Assembly (NCBI GenBank): GCA_036559825.1
Contig: DATBSK010000044.1
Coordinates: forward strand, 1 to 39,079
DNA length: 39,079 nt
DNA from: Acidimicrobiia bacterium
GTDB lineage: Bacteria > Actinomycetota > Acidimicrobiia > IMCC26256 > PALSA-555
Reading direction: 5' to 3'
Made by a program: the position numbers and the translations under genes. Below are positions 14,530-22,377 of the stretch, one piece after another. Numbering within the stretch: position 1 is the stretch's first letter; every line of letters begins with the position of its first letter. A model generated the notes under the pieces. The model was not told the origin of the DNA, made no database searches, and worked only from the letters and a program-made list of their open reading frames with translations.

Positions 14530-15647
14530 CGTCGCTGCTGGCGACGAACGACTTCCCGCCGAAGGTCGGCGGCATCCAGACGTACCTCTACGAGATCTGG
14601 CGCCGCCTGCCGCCGGCGCAGACCTCCGTGCTGACGACGCCGTACCCGGGCGCCGCGGCATGGGACGCGGCGCAGCCGTTCCGCGTCACCCGTACCCGCG
14701 AGCGCTTCTTGCTGCCGACCGCGTCACTCGGGCGGCGGATCGACGCGCGGGCCCGGGAGCTGCGCGCCGACGTCGTCTTCCTCGACCCCATGCTCCCGCT
14801 CGGACTCGTCGGCCGCCGGCTGCGCGCCGCGCCGTACGTCGTCGTGACGCACGGCGCGGAGGTGACGGTGTACGGGTCGCTGCCCGGGTCCCGGTCGCGC
14901 GCGCGGACGGTGCTGCGCGGTGCGGCCGGGATCGTCGCCGCCGGTCGGTACCCCGCGGCGACCGCGGCACGTGTTGCCGGGCGCGAGCTGCCGACGTTGC
15001 TCGTCCCGCCGGGCGTCGATCCGTCGCGGTTCGTGCCCCTCGATGCTCCCGCGCGCCGGGCCGCGCGCCTCGCCTTCGGGCTCGACCCCGATGCGCCGCT
15101 CGTCGTCGGCGTGAGCCGTCTGGTCCCGCGCAAGGGATTCGATGTCCTCCTCGATGCCGTGGGCGGGCTCGACGGGGTGCAGGTCGCGATCGCCGGCGCC
15201 GGGAGGGACGAGCATCGGCTCCGGCGGCGGGCGCGCGGTCTCGGCCCCCGCGCGGCCGTGCTCGGGCGCGTCGACGACGACGACCTGCCGCGGCTCTACG
15301 GCGCCGCCGACGTGTTCGCGATGCTCTGCCGCGACCGGTGGCACGGGCTCGAGGCCGAGGGCTTCGGCATCGTGTTCGTCGAGGCCGCGGCGTGTGGCGT
15401 CCCCGCGATCGCGGGCCGCAGCGGCGGCGCCGACGAAGCCGTCCTCGACGGGGAGACCGGCTTCGTCGTGGAGCCGCGCGACGTGCGCTCGATCCGAGGC
15501 GCGATCGAGCGCCTCCTCTCGGACCCGGATCTGCGCGCGCGTCTGGGTGCCACCGCGCGCGAGCGCGTCGTGCGCGAGCTGTCGTACGACGTGCTCGCGG
15601 CGCGGGTCGCGCCACTGGCCGGAGGTGACCTCTCGGTGCTCACCTGA
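14526..15647 (+). CDS. GT4-family glycosyltransferase (PimB/MgtA-like alpha-mannosyltransferase type)
   Basis: VTSLLATNDFPPKVGGIQTYL start and the C-terminal EAEGFGIVFVEAAACGVPAIAGRSGGADEAV (E-x7-E retaining GT-B motif). GTGA overlap with the MFS stop. Confidence 0.9.
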   Translation: MTSLLATNDFPPKVGGIQTYLYEIWRRLPPAQTSVLTTPYPGAAAWDAAQPFRVTRTRERFLLPTASLGRRIDARARELRADVVFLDPMLPLGLVGRRLRAAPYVVVTHGAEVTVYGSLPGSRSRARTVLRGAAGIVAAGRYPAATAARVAGRELPTLLVPPGVDPSRFVPLDAPARRAARLAFGLDPDAPLVVGVSRLVPRKGFDVLLDAVGGLDGVQVAIAGAGRDEHRLRRRARGLGPRAAVLGRVDDDDLPRLYGAADVFAMLCRDRWHGLEAEGFGIVFVEAAACGVPAIAGRSGGADEAVLDGETGFVVEPRDVRSIRGAIERLLSDPDLRARLGATARERVVRELSYDVLAARVAPLAGGDLSVLT

Positions 15648-15687
15648 CCGAGCGCACGTACGCTCACGCGATGGAGCCGACGCGGCG

Positions 15688-16110
15688 ATGACCGGGCGCG
15701 GGATCATCGTGTCCTCGTGGGTCGGCGACCTCGTGTTCGCCGCCACGGCGATCCCGGCCGCGGCAGGCGTTCACGCGTTCGAAGGCGTCGCGCTCGCGAC
15801 TGCGCTCGCGCTGTTCTTCGCTTCGCTCCCGGCCTGGGCATGGGCGTTCGTGGTCGCGGCGTCGCGCAGCGCTCAGGGCGACGACATCGTCATCGGGAAC
15901 ATGTTCGGCTCGATCGGTGGGGCGACCCGCGACGTCCGCGTGCACCTGTTCGGCGCGCTCGCCGTGTGCATCGTCGTCGCGGTCGCGACGATCACCACCG
16001 AGCCTTTCGGCATCATGGTCCCGATGCTGCCGCTCGGGTTCGTCGGGCTCTGGGCCGCACGGCACGGGTCGTTCCCTCCCCGTCGCGAGACCGGGACGCG
16101 CCGGGCCTGA
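15688..16110 (+). CDS. Hypothetical integral membrane protein (about 140 aa, 4 predicted helices)
   Basis: MTGRGIIVSSWVGDLVFAATAIPAAAG...; strongly hydrophobic segments with GC3-rich codon usage. Inner ATG of track ORF 15142..16110. Confidence 0.6.
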   Translation: MTGRGIIVSSWVGDLVFAATAIPAAAGVHAFEGVALATALALFFASLPAWAWAFVVAASRSAQGDDIVIGNMFGSIGGATRDVRVHLFGALAVCIVVAVATITTEPFGIMVPMLPLGFVGLWAARHGSFPPRRETGTRRA

Positions 16111-16157
16111 GGCGCGTAGCGTTTGCGCCCACCACGCCGGCTTGGTTCGATGGACGG

Positions 16158-16592
16158 ATGGCCGACGAAGCCCACGAGCGCATCGCGGTGGCCGCGCCGC
16201 CGAGCCGGCTCTGGGAGATCGCGACCGACTACGAGCGTTATCCCTCGTGGGCCCGGGACGTCAAGCACGTCGAGGTGCTCGATCGGGACAGCCAGGGACG
16301 TGGCAAGCGGGTCGAGTACCGCGTCGCCGGATTGGGAAAGAGCATCCGCTACGTGCTCGAGTACGAGTACGAGGACGCACCGACGGCGTTCTCGTGGCAC
16401 TTCGTGGAAGGTGACTGGTTGCGCAAGCTGGACGGGCGGTACGGGTTCGAGCCCGAGGCTGACGGGACCCGCGTGACCTACGACCTCGTGGTCGATGTCT
16501 CCGCCCCGCTCCCGGGGCTGATCAAGCGCCGCGCCGCGAGCATGATCATGGGCACCGCCCTCAAGGAGCTGAAGAAGGAGGCGGAGCGATGA
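16158..16592 (+). CDS. SRPBCC (START/polyketide cyclase-dehydrase-like) family protein
   Basis: IAVAAPPSRLWEIATDYERYPSWARDVKHVEVL...WLRKLDGRYGFEP is a typical Polyketide_cyc2-type sequence, similar in layout to mycobacterial TB16.3. Confidence 0.85.
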   Translation: MADEAHERIAVAAPPSRLWEIATDYERYPSWARDVKHVEVLDRDSQGRGKRVEYRVAGLGKSIRYVLEYEYEDAPTAFSWHFVEGDWLRKLDGRYGFEPEADGTRVTYDLVVDVSAPLPGLIKRRAASMIMGTALKELKKEAER

Positions 16593-16726
16593 GCGAGCGT
16601 CTCGCGAGCCGGGTAACCCGGCTCGTAGCGAGCGGGGCAGGAGCCGTCGCTTGCGACGGCGACCCGGAAGGACAGCGGCAGGCGCGAAGCGCCCTGCGGC
16701 GAAGCCGCAAGGAGCGGGAAGGATGA
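16589..16726 (+). repeat. Intergenic structured element (family copy A, 134-bp insert) forming a 45-codon bridging ORF
   Basis: ATG 16589 overlaps the SRPBCC TGA (ATGA). TGA 16724-16726 overlaps the next gene's ATG 16723 (ATGA). Peptide: MSERLASRVTRLVASGAGAVACDGDPEGQRQARSALRRSRKEREG. Four stem-loops at 16605-16625, 16643-16660, 16681-16693 and 16696-16708. Confidence 0.6.
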
Positions 16727-17049
16727 GCGAGGCTCTCCGGAACGAGGAGTCCGGGTCGAGCGACGAGGGCAGCGACTACGCCGACCCGGACGCGCCCGGT
16801 CCCTCGATGCCACCACCGACCGCGGTCGAGTCGCTCGTCAACGCCCTGCTCGAAGCCGGACCCGAGGTCGCCGAGCACGTCGTCAAGGCCGCCCAGGAGC
16901 TGCTGCTCGCGGTGCAGGCGATCGTCGACGCGGCGGATCGCGCGGTGCAGGAGCAGCAGACGATCCGCGCGGACCGTACGGCAGACGAGGCAACCGCGGC
17001 TCGCTCCGAGGACGAGGCCGAGGTGCGTCACCTCGATCTCGCCGACTGA
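16723..17049 (+). CDS. Hypothetical acidic protein (108 aa)
   Basis: MSEALRNEESGSSDEGSDYADPD..., helical C-terminal half. AAGGAG lies 8 nt upstream. No recognisable domain. Confidence 0.6.
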   Translation: MSEALRNEESGSSDEGSDYADPDAPGPSMPPPTAVESLVNALLEAGPEVAEHVVKAAQELLLAVQAIVDAADRAVQEQQTIRADRTADEATAARSEDEAEVRHLDLAD

Positions 17050-17070
17050 CGCCCCCGGCCAGCATCGCGG

Positions 17071-18030
17071 GTGACCGGCGGCGCGTCGCCGACGATCGGC
17101 ATCGATCTCGGCGGCACCAACCTCCGCATCGGCGTCGTCGACGACAAGGGGCACATCGTCGACGAGCACCGCGTGCCTGCTCCCCACGAGCTCGGAGCGC
17201 TGGTCGACGCCGTACGCGCCGGCGTCGCCGAGCTCATGAGCCTCGGCGCGCACGCGCTCGGTATGGGCGCGGCGGGCATGATCGACGGTGAGGGGGTGGT
17301 GCGCTACGCACCCAACCTCCCGATGTTCCTCGACGCACCGTTGCGGGCACTCGTGCAGGAGGTCGTGGACATGCCCGTGACGGTGGACAACGACGCGAAC
17401 GTCGCCGCGTGGGGTGAGTTCTGCCACGGCGCGTTGCGCGGGCACCCGAACAGCCTGCTGATCACATTGGGCACCGGTGTCGGCGGTGGCGTCATCAGCA
17501 ACGGCCGTCTCCTCCGCGGCGCCCACGGCTTCGCCGCCGAGGTCGGTCACTGGCAGTTCGACCCCTCGGGACCGCGGTGCGCGTGTGGCGAGGTCGGGCA
17601 CTGGGAGGCGATGGCGTCGGGCACGGCGCTCGGGCGCATGGGACGGTCGCGCGCCGAAGCCGGCACCGCACCGGGGATCCTGGCGCGCGCCGGCGGCGAC
17701 GCCGATCGGGTCACGGGCGTCACGGTCGGCGACAGCGCGCAGGCGGGTGAGCCGGACGGCACCGAGGTGCTCGAGGAGTTCGCGCGAACCGTCGCGCTCG
17801 GGCTCGCGGGGCTCGCGAACATCCTCGATCCCGAGATGATCGTGGTCTCGGGTGGTCTCGTCGAGCTCGGCGACGTGCTGCTCGCCCCGATGCGCGCCGC
17901 GTTCCGCGGTCATCTCGAGGGCGCGTCGCACCGGCCCGAGGTGCCGATCGTCGCCGGGGAGCTCGGCGACGCTGCCGGCGTCGTGGGCGCGGCCGCGCTC
18001 GCGCGGGATCCGGCCGCGGCGCGCGCGTGA
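17071..18030 (+). CDS. glk: ROK-family glucokinase
   Basis: IGIDLGGTNLRIGVVD (ATPase phosphate-1), VDNDANVAAWGE, ROK zinc motif GHWQFDPSGPRCACGEVGHWE. Confidence 0.9.
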   Translation: MTGGASPTIGIDLGGTNLRIGVVDDKGHIVDEHRVPAPHELGALVDAVRAGVAELMSLGAHALGMGAAGMIDGEGVVRYAPNLPMFLDAPLRALVQEVVDMPVTVDNDANVAAWGEFCHGALRGHPNSLLITLGTGVGGGVISNGRLLRGAHGFAAEVGHWQFDPSGPRCACGEVGHWEAMASGTALGRMGRSRAEAGTAPGILARAGGDADRVTGVTVGDSAQAGEPDGTEVLEEFARTVALGLAGLANILDPEMIVVSGGLVELGDVLLAPMRAAFRGHLEGASHRPEVPIVAGELGDAAGVVGAAALARDPAAARA

Positions 18031-18845
18031 AGCTCGGGCTCGCGCTCCCGTCGTTCGTCGACGATCCCGCGATCCCACTCGCCGTCGCACACGCGGCGGA
18101 GGAATCCGGCCTCGATGCCGTCTTCGTCTACGACCACCTCTTCCGCACCGCGGCCGACGGCACGCGCAGGCCGGCGCTCGAAGGTGTGTCGCTCCTCGGC
18201 GCCGTCGCCGAGGCGACGACGACGATCGCGGTGGGCGCGCTCGTCTTCCGGGCGACGCTGCGGCCCGCGGCATCGCTCGCGGCCGCGATCGCCTCGGCGG
18301 ATCGGATCGCACCCGGGCGCGTCATCGCGGCGATCGGTGGGGGCGACGCTCAGAGTCGCGACGAGAACGAGTCGTTCGGTCTCCGGTTCGGATCGGCGAG
18401 CGATCGGATCGACGCCCTCGCGGCGGCGGTGCAGGAAGCGCGGCGCTCGACGCGCGTCCGCGTCTGGGTCGGCGGCAACTCCGAGCCGGTGCGCCGGCTC
18501 GCCTCGAACGCCGCGCACGGTTGGAACTCGTGGGGGAGCTCGCTCGCGCGCTTCGGCGAGTACGCGGCCGAGGTGCGGCCCGACTCGGGGGCGGCCTTCG
18601 AGTGCAGCTGGGGTGGTCTCGTCGTGCTCGCGGAGGACGACCGGCGGGCCGCGGAGAAGGCGGAGCGCCTCCGGGCGGTGCCCGGGACGCTCCTCGGTGG
18701 TCCGGACGCGCTCGCCCGGCAGCTGCGCAGCTACTCGGATGTCGGCGCGGACTGGGTCGTGATCGCGCCGGTCGACTCGCGCGATCCGGAGAACGCCCGG
18801 CTGCTCGGGGAGCGCGTCGCGCCGCTGATCAAGGATCGGCCGTGA
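18027..18845 (+). CDS. Luciferase-like monooxygenase (LLM) class oxidoreductase, probably F420-dependent
   Basis: MKLGLALPSF...ESGLDAVFVYDHL...IAVGALVFRATLRP is a typical LLM TIM-barrel start. GTGA overlap with the glk stop. Confidence 0.85.
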   Translation: MKLGLALPSFVDDPAIPLAVAHAAEESGLDAVFVYDHLFRTAADGTRRPALEGVSLLGAVAEATTTIAVGALVFRATLRPAASLAAAIASADRIAPGRVIAAIGGGDAQSRDENESFGLRFGSASDRIDALAAAVQEARRSTRVRVWVGGNSEPVRRLASNAAHGWNSWGSSLARFGEYAAEVRPDSGAAFECSWGGLVVLAEDDRRAAEKAERLRAVPGTLLGGPDALARQLRSYSDVGADWVVIAPVDSRDPENARLLGERVAPLIKDRP

Positions 18846-19377
18846 TGAAGAGCCCGTGGGCCTCGGCGGTGATCGCGTCACCGACGCGCATCGTCCCGAC
18901 GGTCGTGATGCGGCGGCCTTCGACGCGTGCGGTGTGGGCCTCGAGCGTCACCTCCGTGTGCAGCGGCGTCAGGCGCCGATAGCGGATGGTGAGCCTCCCG
19001 GTCACGGAGACGTGCCCGGCGGCGTTGGTCGCCATGCCGAGAGCCTCGTCGAACGCGAGGGCCACCCAGCCCCCGTGCACGCAGCCGGGCGGGCCCTCCG
19101 ACTCCAGGCCGAACTCGCCCCGACCGACGACGCCCTCGGGCGTCACGTCGTAGGAGAACGGGGGCGAGACGGGATTGACGGAGAAGCGGTGTCGCCAGCG
19201 GTCCGCCTCGGGTGTGCCGGAGCTCGGGGCGCGCTCGAGACGGTCGACGACCTGCTCGGTTGCGCGCGTCGCGGCCGCCAGCTCCTCGTCCGTCACGTCC
19301 GCGCGCAGCACCGCGTCGACGAGCCGCCGGGTCGCCGCTGCCAGCTGCTCGTGCTCCGAGCCGGGCGCTTGCCGCAT
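18829..19377 (-). CDS. PaaI-family hotdog thioesterase
   Basis: GPPGCVHGGWVALAFDEALGMA...VTGRLTIRYRRLTP is the PaaI/4HBT signature. Confidence 0.8.
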   Translation of the reverse strand: MRQAPGSEHEQLAAATRRLVDAVLRADVTDEELAAATRATEQVVDRLERAPSSGTPEADRWRHRFSVNPVSPPFSYDVTPEGVVGRGEFGLESEGPPGCVHGGWVALAFDEALGMATNAAGHVSVTGRLTIRYRRLTPLHTEVTLEAHTARVEGRRITTVGTMRVGDAITAEAHGLFITADP

Positions 19378-19386
19378 GTCGCGCGC

Positions 19387-20205
19387 TCAGCGACCCTTGA
19401 ACACTGGCGGCCGCTTCTCCGCGAAGGCCTTCGGTCCCTCCTTGGCGTCCTCGCTGGCGAAGACCTCCCAGCCGATGGGGTCCTGGTACGCCATCGCGTC
19501 CGCGTCGGACATGTGCTCGGTCTCGCGCCAGGCCCGGAGGATCGCCTTCGTGGAGAGCGGTCCGCACTCGGCAACCTGGGCGGCGACGCCCCGCGCGACC
19601 GAGAGAGCCTGCCCGTCGGGGACGACGCGGCCGATGAGCCCGATCTGCAGCGCCTCGTGCGCCGTGACCGCGCGTGCCGAGAGCAGGATGTCCATCGCGA
19701 CCGTGTACGGGATCTGGCGCGGGAGCCGGCACGCCGAGCCGCCGAGCGGGAACAGCCCGCGGCGAGCCTCCCAGACCCCGAAGATCGCGCTCTCGCCGGC
19801 GATCCGGATGTCGGTGCCCTGGAGCATCTCCGTCCCGCCCGCGACCGCGTACCCCTCGACCGCCGCGATCATCGGCTTGCTGCACCGGTAGTCGCGCAGG
19901 AGTCCCTTCCAGTGGAGGTTGGGCTCCTCGGTCATCCGCCGCTCGACGTACTCGCTCCGGGGTTGGTTCATCGACACGAGGTCCATGCCCGACGAGAACG
20001 AGCCGCCCGCGCCGGTGAGCACGGCTGCGCGGACGTCGTCCGTGTCGTCGACGTAGGTGTAGGCGTCCGCGAGGCCGACCAGCATCGCGGCGCTGAGCGC
20101 GTTGCGCTTCTCGGGCCGATTCATCGTGATCACGACGACCGGCCCGTCGCGCTCGACGATGCAGTCCTCGTTCGAGATGTCGAGTCGCTCCAGAGCGTCG
20201 GGCAT
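19387..20205 (-). CDS. Enoyl-CoA hydratase/isomerase family protein
   Basis: VVVITMNRPEKRNALS...AVLTGAGGSFSSGMDL...EGYAVAGGTEML. Confidence 0.9.
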   Translation of the reverse strand: MPDALERLDISNEDCIVERDGPVVVITMNRPEKRNALSAAMLVGLADAYTYVDDTDDVRAAVLTGAGGSFSSGMDLVSMNQPRSEYVERRMTEEPNLHWKGLLRDYRCSKPMIAAVEGYAVAGGTEMLQGTDIRIAGESAIFGVWEARRGLFPLGGSACRLPRQIPYTVAMDILLSARAVTAHEALQIGLIGRVVPDGQALSVARGVAAQVAECGPLSTKAILRAWRETEHMSDADAMAYQDPIGWEVFASEDAKEGPKAFAEKRPPVFKGR

Positions 20206-20255
20206 CGGATCCTGCTCCCTCGCGGCGGTCGGGGACGGGCGATGTTAGAGGCAGG

Positions 20256-21011
20256 TCACGCGCTGAGGAGCTCGAGCAGCCCCGCCAGCGACGCGACGCG
20301 CGGGCAACCGACGTCGGGGTGGAGGTCGTAGGGGTCGACGAGGACCGGGCGCATCCCCGCGGCCTGCGCGCCTGCGATGTCGGCCGACGGCGTGTCACCG
20401 ACGTGGATCGCACGTCCGGCGGGCACGCCGAGGGCGTCGAGCGCGAGGCGGAAGATCGCGGGGTCGGGCTTGGCGACGCCGACCACGGTCGAGTCCACGA
20501 TCGCGCTGACCTCGACGCCTGCGCCGGGCCCGACCTGGCACACGGCGTCGACGCGCAGCTGCTGCTCCACCGTGCCGTCGGCGTTGGAGACCACAGCGAG
20601 CGAGAAGCCGCGCGCGGCCAGCTCGGCCAGCGCGGCACGGGCGCCGGGGATCGGGCGCGTCCACACGTCGCCGCGCCCGAACTCCGCGAGCAGCGCCGCG
20701 GCCGCGTCGACGACGTCGGGCTCAGCCACACCGCACGCGGTCGCATAGGCGCGGTTGTACGCGTGCCAGATGGTCGAGCCGTCGGCATGGTGACCGGCGG
20801 GCGCGTGGTGGCGCAGCGCGGCAACGCCCTCGTAGTGCGCACGATCGAGCTGGTCGGCGGGGATCACGACGTCGAACGCGGCGAGCGCCCGCGTGACGCG
20901 CGCGTGGTCAGGGAGGTAGAAGACGCCGCCGAGGTCGAGCAGCACCGCGTCGACGTCGTCGAGCGCGCGGCAGTCCGAACCCACCGGGGGAGGGTATCGG
21001 GGCCGCGCCAT
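20256..21011 (-). CDS. HAD-superfamily hydrolase
   Basis: DAVLLDLGGV (motif I DxD-like), LAVVSNADG (motif II), GVAKPDPAIF and HVGDTPSADIAGA (motifs III/IV). ATG 21011 is chosen; GTG 20984 is an alternative. Confidence 0.8.
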   Translation of the reverse strand: MARPRYPPPVGSDCRALDDVDAVLLDLGGVFYLPDHARVTRALAAFDVVIPADQLDRAHYEGVAALRHHAPAGHHADGSTIWHAYNRAYATACGVAEPDVVDAAAALLAEFGRGDVWTRPIPGARAALAELAARGFSLAVVSNADGTVEQQLRVDAVCQVGPGAGVEVSAIVDSTVVGVAKPDPAIFRLALDALGVPAGRAIHVGDTPSADIAGAQAAGMRPVLVDPYDLHPDVGCPRVASLAGLLELLSA

Positions 21012-21054
21012 TGTCGGCGCGGTGCCGCGAGGTCGCGCTGGTACGGTGAGATCG

Positions 21055-22254
21055 ATGGAGTTTCGGCGCATCGGCGCACTGCCGCCGTACGTGTTCGCCA
21101 CCATCGACTCGTTGAAGATGGAGGCACGCCGAGCCGGCGAGGACGTCGTCGATCTCGGCTTCGGCAACCCCGACCTGGCGCCTCCCCCGGTCGCGATCGA
21201 CAAGGTGTGCGAGGCGATCCGCAACCCGCGCAACCATCGCTACTCGATGAGCCGGGGGATCCCCAAGCTCCGCCTGGCGATCACCGATCTCTACCGGCGG
21301 CGGTTCGGGGTCGACCTCGATCCCGAGACGCAGGCCTGCGCGACCATCGGCGCGAAGGAGGGCTTCTCGCACGTCATGTGGGTGCTGCTCGGCCCGGGCG
21401 ACGCCGCGATGGTGCCGAGCCCCTCGTACCCGATCCACATCTGGGGCCCGCTCTTCGCGGGTGCCGAGGTCCGGCACGTGCGCCTCGGCCCCGAGGCGCG
21501 CGACGCGGATGCGGGGGAGCACGACTTCCTCCAGAACCTGCGGGAGGTCTGGGAGCAGTCGTGGCCGCGCCCGAGGGTCGTCGTCCTGTCGTTCCCGCAC
21601 AACCCGACGACCGCCTGCGTCGACCTGGCCTTCATGGAGCAGATGGTCCACTTCGCGCGCGAGCACGACGTGCTGCTCGTGCACGACTTCGCGTATGCGG
21701 ACCTCGGCTTCGACGGGTACGAGCCGCCGTCGATCCTCCAGGTACCCGGCGCGGACGAGGTCGCGGTCGAGCTCTACACGCTCACGAAGTCGTTCTCGAT
21801 GGCGGGTTGGCGCATGGGGTTCACCCTCGGCAACGCGGAGGTCGTGGCGGCGCTGGCGAAGCTGAAGAGCTATCTCGACTACGGCACCTTCCAACCGGTT
21901 CAGATCGCGGCGACGGTCGCGATGAACGAGGCGCCGGAGTTCCCACGATCCGTCAATGCGACCTATCGGGGTCGTCGCGACGCGCTCGTCGACGGGCTGG
22001 CGCGGGCGGGCTGGGAGATCGCGCGTCCCCGCGGGACGATGTTCGCGTGGGCGCCGATCCCGGAGCCCTACGAGGAGCTCGGCAGCCTCGAGTTCGCGAC
22101 GCTGCTCGTCCGGGAGGCGAAGGTCGCTGTCTCGCCGGGCGTGGGGTTCGGGCCCGGTGGTGAGGGGTACGTGCGGTTCGCGCTCGTGGAGAACGAGCAG
22201 CGGATCGGTCAGGCAGTCCGGAACATCAGGCGCGCGCTGACGAAGCTGGGCTGA
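21055..22254 (+). CDS. alaC: Class I/II PLP-dependent aminotransferase, AlaC-like alanine transaminase
   Basis: RIGALPPYVFATIDSLKMEARRAGEDVVDLGFGNPD...YSMSRGIPKLR...SPSYPIH...TLTKSFSMAGWRMG (PLP lysine). By eye this is close to E. coli AlaC/YfdZ. Confidence 0.9.
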   Translation: MEFRRIGALPPYVFATIDSLKMEARRAGEDVVDLGFGNPDLAPPPVAIDKVCEAIRNPRNHRYSMSRGIPKLRLAITDLYRRRFGVDLDPETQACATIGAKEGFSHVMWVLLGPGDAAMVPSPSYPIHIWGPLFAGAEVRHVRLGPEARDADAGEHDFLQNLREVWEQSWPRPRVVVLSFPHNPTTACVDLAFMEQMVHFAREHDVLLVHDFAYADLGFDGYEPPSILQVPGADEVAVELYTLTKSFSMAGWRMGFTLGNAEVVAALAKLKSYLDYGTFQPVQIAATVAMNEAPEFPRSVNATYRGRRDALVDGLARAGWEIARPRGTMFAWAPIPEPYEELGSLEFATLLVREAKVAVSPGVGFGPGGEGYVRFALVENEQRIGQAVRNIRRALTKLG

Positions 22255-22377
22255 GGCGAGCGGCCGCGGCGCGGGTACCGCCTACACGGTCGACGTCGCA
22301 AGCTCCGTCTCCACCGGCGTCGAGAGGCGAAGCCACTCGACGCCTAGCCGCAGCGAGCCGACCCATGGAGCTGAGGC
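22250..22377 (+). repeat. Degenerate, interrupted copy of the intergenic element (family copy D)
   Basis: The left half AGCGGCCGCGGCGCGGGTACCGCC matches B (AGCGGCCGCGGACCGGGTATCCCGG). The right half CCGCAGCGAGCCGACCCATGGAG matches B (CCGCAGCGAGCGACGCCATGAAG). The two halves are separated by about 60 nt that contain a 13-bp-stem hairpin. An 8-bp direct repeat GCTGAGGC lies at 22250-22257 and 22370-22377. Confidence 0.35.
22316..22344 (+). other. Strong stem-loop 20 nt upstream of the plsC ATG (possible alaC terminator or attenuator)
   Basis: GGCGTCGAGAGGC-GAA-GCCACTCGACGCC: a 13-bp stem with one A/A mismatch and a GCGAAGC-type apex. No U-tract. Confidence 0.4.

Noticed and set aside
15671-15691. 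A six-codon ORF (ATGGAGCCGACGCGGCGATGA, MEPTRR) whose TGA overlaps the ATG at 15688 of the membrane-protein gene. It is preceded by the small hairpin GAGCG-CACGTA-CGCTC (about 15650-15665).
   Set aside because: It is too short to distinguish from chance, and the hairpin and flanks lack the GAGCGAGCG boxes of the element family. It is noted only as a possible remnant or upstream ORF.
14660-22163. Track ORFs 14660..15628, 14686..15615, 14724..15746, 16561..18312 (-, 583 aa), 17852..18982, 18856..20331, 18878..20842 (-, 654 aa), 20319..22163 (+, 614 aa) and 20908..21894.
   Set aside because: All overlap confidently identified genes (GT4, ROK glucokinase, LLM, PaaI, crotonase, HAD, aminotransferase) on the other strand or in another frame. 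They translate to Arg-rich low-complexity sequence.
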